Positions 42,685 to 51,613 of a stretch of 60,897 nucleotides of DNA are shown one piece after another (the stretch's first letter is position 1; each line of letters opens with the position of its first letter). The stretch is taken from contig CALXSG010000005.1 of assembly GCA_944391075.1 (NCBI GenBank), positions 1-60,897 of the forward strand, in the 5' to 3' direction. The position numbers and the translations under genes were made by a program. The notes under the pieces are model-generated. The model was given only the letters and a program-made list of their open reading frames with translations. It had not been told where the DNA came from and did not search any database. This stretch comes from an uncultured Rickettsiales bacterium. Lineage in GTDB: Bacteria; Pseudomonadota; Alphaproteobacteria; Rickettsiales; UBA1997.

Positions 42685-43603
42685 TCATTTCTTGCATATC
42701 ATCTTTATTATATCTTGAATCTATTGGCAATAATAATAAATTATTTTTAAATTTTAATTCTGTATTTGATAAAAATTTATCTATTTGTGGCCAACATTTT
42801 GCTAAAAGAATATTATTTTGTCTAAAAATATTGTATAAATCATCATTATCACTTAAAAATGGGTAAAACATAGGTATGTCATCATTTTCTAAATTTATTT
42901 TTAATAAATTTTTATTTTTTAAATTTACATGTAAGAAATTAAAATTTTTTAATCTGCTTTGTTTATGATAATCATAATTTATATTTGATAATAAGGCCTT
43001 TGTTAATTTTGATATTTCTTGCAATGGCATTTTATCTATTTCTAATTCATTTTTTAAAAAATTTATATAGCTTTCATCATAACCTTTATCATAAGATTTT
43101 AATAAATGAGTACATAAGTGATATGATTTTGATTTTTCTAACTTTATATCTATTTTTTTATCACACCATGCCATACCGCCATCTGGAACACCAAAAAACT
43201 TTCTAAAACTATAAAAGCTTGCAAGTCCTTTTGTTTGACTAAAAAGTGCTTGGCAATTATCAATTATTAAATTTTTATAAGTTTCATTTAATATCTTAAT
43301 ATGTTTACTACAAATACCAAAATAATTATTATATATAATATATGAATTTTTATCAAAAGTTTTCGTTGGCATAAAATTTTCATCTATATGATAAAAATTT
43401 ATTTTACAATTTTCTTGTTGTAAAATATCCCATACAAACTGACAAGTATAATATGGAACATTAATTTCTGTAATATTATAAGCTTTCACAATATATCTTA
43501 AAGCATTTCGTCCTGAATTTAATAATATTTTATTTTTAGTCCAATCGAGAGAATAATTAGCTGTTTCAAGTTTAAAAAATTCACCACAAATATTTTTTTT
43601 CAT
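42668..43603 (-). CDS. DegT/DnrJ/EryC1-like sugar aminotransferase-related protein (short form, tentative)
   Basis: LNSGRNALRYIVKAY..TEINVPYYTC and FYSFRKFFGVPDGG resemble the family layout, including a candidate PLP-Lys. It overlaps the dprA end by 17 nt. Confidence 0.45.
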   Translation of the reverse strand: MKKNICGEFFKLETANYSLDWTKNKILLNSGRNALRYIVKAYNITEINVPYYTCQFVWDILQQENCKINFYHIDENFMPTKTFDKNSYIIYNNYFGICSKHIKILNETYKNLIIDNCQALFSQTKGLASFYSFRKFFGVPDGGMAWCDKKIDIKLEKSKSYHLCTHLLKSYDKGYDESYINFLKNELEIDKMPLQEISKLTKALLSNINYDYHKQSRLKNFNFLHVNLKNKNLLKINLENDDIPMFYPFLSDNDDLYNIFRQNNILLAKCWPQIDKFLSNTELKFKNNLLLLPIDSRYNKDDMQEMINFLY

Positions 43604-43738
43604 AATTTCAATTTTCTTATTTTATGTCAAAATATATTTAAAAAAATAATATTCAATAATTATATTTTATTAATATTTTATAGTTGAAAATACTAAAATA
43701 ATATTTATATTTTATTAAAAAATATAATAACAAATTTT

Positions 43739-44902
43739 ATGAAAATACAAAGAATTTTATTATTTATTTTACTATTATTTTCACCAATATTTTCATACGC
43801 TGAAACAAATAATAAAAATCATTTTATTTCACAAAATTTTTATCAAAATTTTAAAGATAATTTAAAAAAATATGGAATTTCATATTCTGTTGACATCACA
43901 TATATGCCACAAATAAATTTTTCACATAATAATGTTGTACCTCAACAATTTATGATTTCTCCAAATATGAATTTAAACATATTTTCAAATAAACAGTATG
44001 GCATTTTAGATTTACAATTTAGTTATTCAATTGTAAACTATTGGTCTAAACAAGCACAAATACTGCAAAATAATTTAAATACCATAACTAATATAAATGA
44101 TTCCATTAATACAGATAAACAATTTTCTCAATTATTATTAAGTTATACATTAGCAAATAATATGAATTGTCTATCATTAAATATAGGACAATATAGTTTA
44201 TACTCAATAGATGGAACTTTTCCAACATATAATCAACAAACTACATTCATTAATTATTCTTTATCACAAAATGCTACCGCTACTTATCCTACCGCAAGCT
44301 TAGGTGCTTATTTACAATTTACACCAACAAATGAATTATTAATGCAAATTGGTTTTCAAGATGCTAATAATATAGATGGTGAGAGAATAGAATTTAATAA
44401 TTTGGATAGTAATAAATATACAACTTATGCATATATATATTGGGATCCAACATTTAAAAATAATTGGGCAGGACAATATACATTATTAGCATATAATCAA
44501 CCATCAACAGAAAAACAATCTGGTAATTCAAAGGGCGTATCATTTAGTTTTTCTCAATATCTTGGCAATATATTTAATATTTTTGGTAGAATTAATGGTT
44601 CTAGTGGAAATATTACGACAATAAAACAATCATATGTTGTTGGTTTTGGTTTTAAAAACCTATTTAAGAGAAATATAAATGATTATTTGGGTTTTGCATT
44701 TACAACCAATAAACTAAATGAAAGGGCGATAGATACTCCACTTACACACAGATATGAAAATATAATTGAAGCACAATATGTAATCGGTTTAGGAAATTAT
44801 ATAACAATTACGCCTGATATTCAATACATTATCAACCCCGCATTAGATATTGAAGAAGATTCAGCATTTGTTTATAGTTTAAGATTGGGTGTTTCAATAT
44901 AA
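43739..44902 (+). CDS. Outer-membrane beta-barrel porin-like protein (possibly OprB-type)
   Basis: Signal peptide, alternating aromatic/polar beta-strand pattern, aromatic-rich C-terminal strands. Confidence 0.4.
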   Translation: MKIQRILLFILLLFSPIFSYAETNNKNHFISQNFYQNFKDNLKKYGISYSVDITYMPQINFSHNNVVPQQFMISPNMNLNIFSNKQYGILDLQFSYSIVNYWSKQAQILQNNLNTITNINDSINTDKQFSQLLLSYTLANNMNCLSLNIGQYSLYSIDGTFPTYNQQTTFINYSLSQNATATYPTASLGAYLQFTPTNELLMQIGFQDANNIDGERIEFNNLDSNKYTTYAYIYWDPTFKNNWAGQYTLLAYNQPSTEKQSGNSKGVSFSFSQYLGNIFNIFGRINGSSGNITTIKQSYVVGFGFKNLFKRNINDYLGFAFTTNKLNERAIDTPLTHRYENIIEAQYVIGLGNYITITPDIQYIINPALDIEEDSAFVYSLRLGVSI

Positions 44903-45015
44903 ATTATTGTGGTATATAAAAAGTATAGTACAATATCTAATTTATACTAGAAAATTCTTGATAATTCAAAACAATAATTATAATCTATAAGCAGTTTAAC
45001 TATTAATAAATTCTT

Positions 45016-47007
45016 ATGAAAAAAAGTCTAGAAGAATTGAAACAAATGGCTACTGCTGTTAGAGTTTTATCCGTAGATATGGTTGCAAAAGCTAATTCAG
45101 GACACCCTGGTTTACCACTTGGTTTTGCTGATGTTGCCACCGTTCTATTTAGTGAAGTTTTAAAATATAATGCAAAAAGTCCTAAATGGTTTGATAGAGA
45201 TAGATTTATATTGTCAGCTGGCCATGGTTCTGCTTTACTTTATTCTTTATTATATTTAACAGGTTATAATGATATAAATATAGAAGACATTAAAAATTTT
45301 AGACAATTTAAGTCAAAAACAGCAGGACATCCTGAATATGGTTATTTACAAGGTATTGAAACAACAACTGGCCCATTAGGACAAGGTATTGCAAATGCTG
45401 TTGGTATGGCTATTGCTGAAAAAATGATGAATGCTAGATATGGTGATGATTTAGTTAATCATAAAATATATTGTATGGTTGGTGATGGCTGTTTAATGGA
45501 AGGCATAAGTTATGAAGCATTAAATATTGCCGGTCACTTAAATCTTGATAATTTAATTGTTATGTGGGACAACAACTCCATAACAATTGATGGTTCCACT
45601 GATGTAGCTAGAACAGAAAATATGAAAATGAGAATGGAAAGCAATGGCTTTAAATATATTCAAGCTGATGGCCACGATTATGAATCAATTAGAAGTGCTT
45701 TTGATGATGCAAAAAATTCAACACAACCTGTATTTATAGATTTTAAAACTATAATTGGTTATGGTTCTACAAAACAAGGTACAAATAAAGTTCATGGCTC
45801 CCCAATCAAAGGTGAAGATCTTGAAGAATTAAAGAAAAATTTAGGTTGGACTTTACCACCTTTTGAAGTTCCTGATGATATATTACAATTATGGAATCAA
45901 GCTGGTGTTCAATATATGGGTGAAGAAGCAGAATGGAACAATAGAGTTGCTACATCTTCAAAGAAAAATGAATTCTTAGATTTAATAAATGGAAAATTAC
46001 CTAATGGTTGGAAAGAAAAATTGGCTAAATTCAAATCTGATATGTTTAATGAAAAACCAAGTGAAGCTACAAGAAAATCATCCAATAGAGTATTAGAAGT
46101 TTTAACAGAAGCAATACCTAGTTTAATAGGTGGAAGTGCCGACTTAACAGGTTCTGTTTTAACTCAAACATCATCTACAAAAGAATCTATTAAAAAAGAT
46201 AATTTTAATGGAAGATATATAAATTATGGTGTTAGAGAACATGCTATGGGTGCTATAATGAACGGTATGTATTTACATGGTGGCTTTATTCCATATGGCG
46301 GAACATTCTTCTGTTTTGCTGATTATGAAAAACCTGCTATTAGATTATCTGCCTTAATGAAATTGCCAGTAATTTATATTTTAACACACGATTCAATAGG
46401 TTTAGGTGAAGATGGTCCTACACATCAACCAATAGAACATTTAGCATCTTTAAGAGCCACACCTAACTTAAATGTGTTTAGACCATGCAACATTCAAGAA
46501 ACAATAGAATGTTACGAATTAGCATTAGAAGAAAATAAAACACCAAATGCTATGGTACTTTCAAGACAAAATGTAAAATTCTATTCAAAAGAAAGTGCAG
46601 AAAATCAATCAAAGAAAGGTATGTATGTATTTGATGAATGTGATGGCAAAGCTGATGTAATAATTATCGCAACAGGTACAGAAGTTGATTTAGCTATGGA
46701 GACAAAAGCTGTTTTAGAAATCAAAAATCTAAAAGTTAAAGTTGTTTCTGCTCCTTGTTGGGAATTATTTGAAAAGCAAGATGAAAACTATAAAAAATCA
46801 GTTTTAGGTGATGACACAACTTTAAAAGTTGCTATTGAAGCTGGTTCTTCAATGGGTTGGTGCAAATACATTGGCAATAATGGTTTATTCTTCGGTACAC
46901 CTGAAAATAGTTTTGGTATGTCAGCACCAGCAAATCAAATCTATGATTATTATGGCTTAACTTCTGAAAAAATTGCTGAAAAGATTTTCAAAAAGTTAGG
47001 TGAATAA
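45016..47007 (+). CDS. tkt: Transketolase
   Basis: SGHPG, SAGHGSALLYSLLYLTGY, GDGCLMEGISYEA and HDSIGLGEDGPTHQP. Confidence 0.97.
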   Translation: MKKSLEELKQMATAVRVLSVDMVAKANSGHPGLPLGFADVATVLFSEVLKYNAKSPKWFDRDRFILSAGHGSALLYSLLYLTGYNDINIEDIKNFRQFKSKTAGHPEYGYLQGIETTTGPLGQGIANAVGMAIAEKMMNARYGDDLVNHKIYCMVGDGCLMEGISYEALNIAGHLNLDNLIVMWDNNSITIDGSTDVARTENMKMRMESNGFKYIQADGHDYESIRSAFDDAKNSTQPVFIDFKTIIGYGSTKQGTNKVHGSPIKGEDLEELKKNLGWTLPPFEVPDDILQLWNQAGVQYMGEEAEWNNRVATSSKKNEFLDLINGKLPNGWKEKLAKFKSDMFNEKPSEATRKSSNRVLEVLTEAIPSLIGGSADLTGSVLTQTSSTKESIKKDNFNGRYINYGVREHAMGAIMNGMYLHGGFIPYGGTFFCFADYEKPAIRLSALMKLPVIYILTHDSIGLGEDGPTHQPIEHLASLRATPNLNVFRPCNIQETIECYELALEENKTPNAMVLSRQNVKFYSKESAENQSKKGMYVFDECDGKADVIIIATGTEVDLAMETKAVLEIKNLKVKVVSAPCWELFEKQDENYKKSVLGDDTTLKVAIEAGSSMGWCKYIGNNGLFFGTPENSFGMSAPANQIYDYYGLTSEKIAEKIFKKLGE

Positions 47008-47030
47008 TTATAATAACTACAATAAATTAA

Positions 47031-47054
47031 GTCCCCATCTAATGGGGACTTTTT
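47031..47054 (+). terminator. Terminator after tkt (between convergent genes)
   Basis: GTCCCCAT-cta-ATGGGGAC followed by TTTTT. Confidence 0.75.
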
Positions 47055-47083
47055 CATATTAATTAATATATATAAAAATTAAA

Positions 47084-48547
47084 TTATAAAGTTTTTGAGT
47101 TAGCTTTTTCTTTTACACTTTTAATAGCTGTAGGTTTTTGTCCTGGTAATTCCTCTATATTATCATTTGCTTTTACCTTATTAGTATTTGCTTTTTTAAT
47201 TTCTGTTATAGTTTGTTTATTCTGTGTACCTACATCAAGTTTAAGCCATGGAGCTACGGTATCAATTACTTTCTTAAAGAAATTAAATACTTTTTTGAAA
47301 AAACTAGGCTTTTCTTCTTTCTTATCATCAGTATTTTCTTTATTTGTTTCTTTATCATTATTTTTTAATTCATTTTTAACAGTAGTATCTTTTTGTTCTT
47401 GTTTAGGTGATGATATACTTGATAATTTAGCTACTTGTTTTTTGTCAACTTTGTCTTTTTTATTATCTTCTACTTCTTCAATAATAGCATTATTCTTTTT
47501 TGCTAATTCTTCTAAATTATCTTTTGTTGTTAAAGCATATTGTATACTGTATTTGTCAATATTATTAATTGTATTTTGTTTAATAGTATTTTCTAAATTT
47601 TTATCATTAATAATATCTTCACATGTTAAAATAGCTTTTTTATTTTTTGCATGTTCTTTTTGCATATTAATTATTTCATTAACGCATGATTCACAACACC
47701 ATGAACATGAATCTTTAAATTGACTTCCAGCTTTTTTAGCAATTTCATCTTGTATAGAAGTGCTAGCAATTGTATCATTGCCTTTTATTAATTTACTTTC
47801 AACAGCAGAACCTAAACCATGTTCATCTTTAAAAACTCCACTTGAATCAAATAAAGCAAATTCACCTTTTTGATTTCCTAATAAAACTCCCATATGTCCC
47901 GAACCATCCCATCCTGTTGTATAAGGTATTACAATATAATCTTGTTTTGAACGTGTATGTTCATGACTTTCACAATATTTCTTATATTGTTCTTGCATTT
48001 TCACTGCTTTTTCTGCGGATTTTTCAGGCGTTTCATTTTCATATGTAAACATTAATCGAACATTACATTCATCACTTGTATAATAATTTTTAGATTCTGG
48101 CTTATTTCCTTCAAAACCACTTAAAATCATTGATGTATATGTAGTCGTAAGACTCCTTGCTATATCTTTACTTTGATAACAATTAGAAAAATTTGTAATT
48201 TCTTTTGCTTTTTCTGGTGTATATTTTTCTCCTGTTTTATTATCAATACCTAATTGAACACTTGTAACTTTACCATATTCATCACTATTAGCATTTTCAT
48301 TAATCTTTATTTGAGAAACATATTGATTAGGTTTTAAGTTTTTAACAACTTTTGACATATTCTTTTGTCCTTGGGTATATTCCCTAGAACAAAGTGTTAA
48401 AACTTTAATTTTATTTCCATGTTCATCTTTTTCATATGATTCAATAATTTCATAATTAGATTCTTCTGCTAATTCTTCTTTTTTTGCTTGTGTAAGAGTT
48501 TGATTTAATTTTTTATCATTTAACTCTTTATTTTTTGCTTCTACCAT
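47084..48547 (-). CDS. Lys/Glu-rich hypothetical protein with a CE-clan (Ulp1/C48-like) cysteine protease signature
   Basis: GSGHMGVLL-(11)-ALFDSSG-(38)-GSQFKDSCSWC gives His, Asp, Gln and Cys at Ulp1-like spacing (H-16-D-42-Q-5-C). Confidence 0.45.
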   Translation of the reverse strand: MVEAKNKELNDKKLNQTLTQAKKEELAEESNYEIIESYEKDEHGNKIKVLTLCSREYTQGQKNMSKVVKNLKPNQYVSQIKINENANSDEYGKVTSVQLGIDNKTGEKYTPEKAKEITNFSNCYQSKDIARSLTTTYTSMILSGFEGNKPESKNYYTSDECNVRLMFTYENETPEKSAEKAVKMQEQYKKYCESHEHTRSKQDYIVIPYTTGWDGSGHMGVLLGNQKGEFALFDSSGVFKDEHGLGSAVESKLIKGNDTIASTSIQDEIAKKAGSQFKDSCSWCCESCVNEIINMQKEHAKNKKAILTCEDIINDKNLENTIKQNTINNIDKYSIQYALTTKDNLEELAKKNNAIIEEVEDNKKDKVDKKQVAKLSSISSPKQEQKDTTVKNELKNNDKETNKENTDDKKEEKPSFFKKVFNFFKKVIDTVAPWLKLDVGTQNKQTITEIKKANTNKVKANDNIEELPGQKPTAIKSVKEKANSKTL

Positions 48548-48560
48548 ATGCTTATCATAT

Positions 48561-48863
48561 TTATTTAATAATAATACTGGTTAATGTTGTATTAGCTTCC
48601 TCTGCTAATTTTTTCCAATTTTTTCCAACATTATCTTTTATTTCAGCTTTAACAACTTCCTCATCATTTTGAAATGCATAGATAATATTAGGTGTAGATT
48701 TTAAATCAACAACTACAACATTATTTTCTTCATTTTCATTATTATCTTCTATTAATAAAAATTTAATATAACCACCGGAATTTTCCTTTGTATCTATTAA
48801 ATTTTCAATTTCATCTTCTGTTGGCTCATTAAGTATAAGATTTTTTAATTCTTCTTTTTTCAT
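48561..48863 (-). CDS. Small acidic hypothetical protein (100 aa)
   Basis: ORF lying between two large hypothetical genes on the same strand; rich in Glu/Asp/Asn. Confidence 0.4.
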   Translation of the reverse strand: MKKEELKNLILNEPTEDEIENLIDTKENSGGYIKFLLIEDNNENEENNVVVVDLKSTPNIIYAFQNDEEVVKAEIKDNVGKNWKKLAEEANTTLTSIIIK

Positions 48864-48928
48864 AACTAGTCACTCTATATTACATCATTAATAATTATAA
48901 TATAAATATTCTTTTTTGTCAATAAATA

Positions 48929-50260
48929 TTAAATATTCCTATCATTAGTTTTTACTTTCTTTCTATTATTAGCTAATAAATCAACATGGTTTAATCTTTT
49001 CATGGGGGTGAGATTTTGTGGTGCAACACTTTGAACTTGCTGAATACCACATTTTTCCTGCATTTCTTTATTTTCTTGTTTTTTTTGTTTATTATATGCT
49101 AATTTATCTCTCTTCGATATAGTTTTTTCTGGAACTATATCCATATTATCATTCTCATAATTTCTATCATACACACCATAAAATACTCCCGCTAGTGCTC
49201 CTGAAAGTTGGCTAAACTTAGACTGTTCTGATACTGCACTTCCTTTTACTACAACTGGTATATCTATTCCTTTTTCATGATAAACATTTTCTATCGCAAT
49301 CTTTTGAGGATTGACATTAATACCATTTGAAATATATATTACTTTTTCTAAATCTACATTCGATTGTTCTAGAAAGCATCTAACTGTTGCTTCCGTATTT
49401 GGTCTTTTAATAACATGTCCTTCATGATTTAAAGTAGCAGAAGCATCTAATATTGTACATACTTTAACTCCCTTTTCTTCAAATTCTTTTTTATATTTAT
49501 CGTATAAAAAATAAGCTAAGTCTGTTTCCGTTATTTCGTCTAAACTTTGTGGTATTTTTCTTCCACTCCTCTCCATAGCCCCTTGTACGCTTTCTAATAA
49601 TCCACCTATTTCTCGTTCGGTTTTAAGTAAATTTCTTTGTCCAACCAAAAAAAACAGTTGATAATCTTTTAAGCCCGTACTTAATAAATATTTAATTCTT
49701 TCCTCCATACCTCTTACATTAGCACCCAACAATGCTACCGTTGTTGTATTTTTTATTTCTTCATCAGTAATTTTTGTCTCTTTTCTTTCAGAATTAAATA
49801 TATTTAATTCCTCTAATGTTAATCTAACCACACCTTTTTTTCCAGTTGTTGATTCATAATCATCAAATTTTGTTAGGGATTCTGGTGGTGTTCCATAAAT
49901 TCTCTCACCATTTTTATCTCTAGCAAACCAACATTTCTGCGTGAAACCAACAATTATCCTATCAAGTTCATCATTACTAATACCTTTATCTTTCAGTGAT
50001 GAAAAAACTTCATAAACATTATGTTTATCTAAATATTCGTTTATTTCTTCTTTTGTTTTTCCTTTTAACTCCGGTAATAAAACATTGCTTCTTGTTTGCC
50101 TTTCACCATTAACTTTCATATCAACTTCTTCTATCTCATCAGCAAGACCAGTAAGAAGTATTAATTTTAATATGGCTTCTTTTTGTTTTTCACTTGTATA
50201 TTTAGCTGTTTCAGTAAATTTTCTTAATTGTTCCATTTGTATTTTTGTATTACTTTCCAT
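48929..50260 (-). CDS. Hypothetical protein (443 aa)
   Basis: Long ORF that looks slightly more G+C-rich than its neighbours; no motif confidently recognised. Confidence 0.45.
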   Translation of the reverse strand: MESNTKIQMEQLRKFTETAKYTSEKQKEAILKLILLTGLADEIEEVDMKVNGERQTRSNVLLPELKGKTKEEINEYLDKHNVYEVFSSLKDKGISNDELDRIIVGFTQKCWFARDKNGERIYGTPPESLTKFDDYESTTGKKGVVRLTLEELNIFNSERKETKITDEEIKNTTTVALLGANVRGMEERIKYLLSTGLKDYQLFFLVGQRNLLKTEREIGGLLESVQGAMERSGRKIPQSLDEITETDLAYFLYDKYKKEFEEKGVKVCTILDASATLNHEGHVIKRPNTEATVRCFLEQSNVDLEKVIYISNGINVNPQKIAIENVYHEKGIDIPVVVKGSAVSEQSKFSQLSGALAGVFYGVYDRNYENDNMDIVPEKTISKRDKLAYNKQKKQENKEMQEKCGIQQVQSVAPQNLTPMKRLNHVDLLANNRKKVKTNDRNI

Positions 50261-50388
50261 ATTTTTTTTAAATTTAATTTGTATTATATTACTTAAAATT
50301 ATACTCTATAAAAAATATTTGTAAATAATTTTCTTGTTTTTTTATTAATAATTATTTATCTTTTAAGTACTTAAAAAATAAATAAAAA

Positions 50389-51525
50389 ATGACACAATTT
50401 GGCTTAGAATTTCTACAAGAAGATGATTTAGAAAATAATGGCATGGCAAGATTAGGTTTATTACATACAGCTCATGGAGATGTTCATACACCTTGTTTTA
50501 TGCCAGTTGGAACAATAGCTGCCATGAAAGCAATGCATTTTGATCAACTTAGAGATACAGGTGCAGAAATAATGCTATGCAACACATATCATTTAATGAT
50601 TCAAGATAGATACAATACTATTGCAAAAATGGGCGGACTTCATAAATTTATGAATTGGGATAAACCAATATTAACTGATTGTGGTGGTTTTCAAGCTATG
50701 TCTTTAAGTAGTTTGAATAAAATCAAAGAAAAAGCTGTTATTTTTAGATGTCATTTAAGTGGAAAAAAATATGAATTAACACCAGAATTTTCTATGGAAA
50801 TTCAACACAAACTTGATACAGATATCACAATGGCACTTGATGAATGCGTTAGACAACCAGCTGATTACAAATATACAAAAAGAGCAATGGAAAGAAGTTT
50901 AAGATGGGCACAAAGGAGTAAAGATGCTTTTGTTCAACGTGAAGGCTATGGACTTTATGGCATTGTACAAGGTGGTGCAGAAAAAGATTTAAGAACAGCA
51001 TCCATTGAAGGACTTAAAAAAATTGGTTTTGATGGTTATGCTATTGGTGGTGATTTATCTATTAATGATGGGTGGGAACTTATGTTCTCCGTTCTTGACT
51101 ACTTAACACCAATGATGCCACATGACAAACCACGATATTTAATGGGCGTTGGCAAGCCTATTGATATAGTTGGTTCTGTGTTAAGAGGTGTAGATCAATT
51201 TGATTGTGTTTTGCCAGCTAGAAGTGGACGAAACGGACAAGCATTTATTAGAGGTGGGACATTAAATATTAAAAACTCAAAATACAAATATGACGATTCA
51301 CCACTAGATCCTAAATGTAATTGCAGAGCCTGCAAACAACACACAAAAGCCTACATAAATCACTTATTCAAAGCCGACGAAATGCTTGGTGCCATGTTAT
51401 TAACAGAACACAACATCATGTACTATCAAGACTTAATGCGTGGCATTAGAAAAGCCATCGCAGAACACAGATACAAAAATTTTGTTGATGAATTTATGAA
51501 AAATGGTGCAGTAGATTTATATTAA
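50389..51525 (+). CDS. tgt: Queuine tRNA-ribosyltransferase
   Basis: LTDCGGFQ, GGDLS, and the zinc site CNCRACKQH...H. Confidence 0.95.
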   Translation: MTQFGLEFLQEDDLENNGMARLGLLHTAHGDVHTPCFMPVGTIAAMKAMHFDQLRDTGAEIMLCNTYHLMIQDRYNTIAKMGGLHKFMNWDKPILTDCGGFQAMSLSSLNKIKEKAVIFRCHLSGKKYELTPEFSMEIQHKLDTDITMALDECVRQPADYKYTKRAMERSLRWAQRSKDAFVQREGYGLYGIVQGGAEKDLRTASIEGLKKIGFDGYAIGGDLSINDGWELMFSVLDYLTPMMPHDKPRYLMGVGKPIDIVGSVLRGVDQFDCVLPARSGRNGQAFIRGGTLNIKNSKYKYDDSPLDPKCNCRACKQHTKAYINHLFKADEMLGAMLLTEHNIMYYQDLMRGIRKAIAEHRYKNFVDEFMKNGAVDLY

Positions 51526-51536
51526 GAAAATTATAT

Positions 51537-51569
51537 AAGCATTATAAATATATATAATGCTTATTTTTT
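51537..51569 (+). terminator. Terminator after tgt
   Basis: AAGCATTATA-aatata-TATAATGCTT followed by ATTTTTT. Confidence 0.65.
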
Positions 51570-51613
51570 GTACTTCCATAAAATTTTTATTGATGTAGTA
51601 TTGATAATTTTTA
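51561..51613 (+). repeat. Copy A of the ~55-bp TACTTCC motif, abutting the res stop codon
   Basis: TTATTTTTTGTACTTCCATAAAATTTTTATTGATGTAGTATTGATAATTTTTA. Confidence 0.6.
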
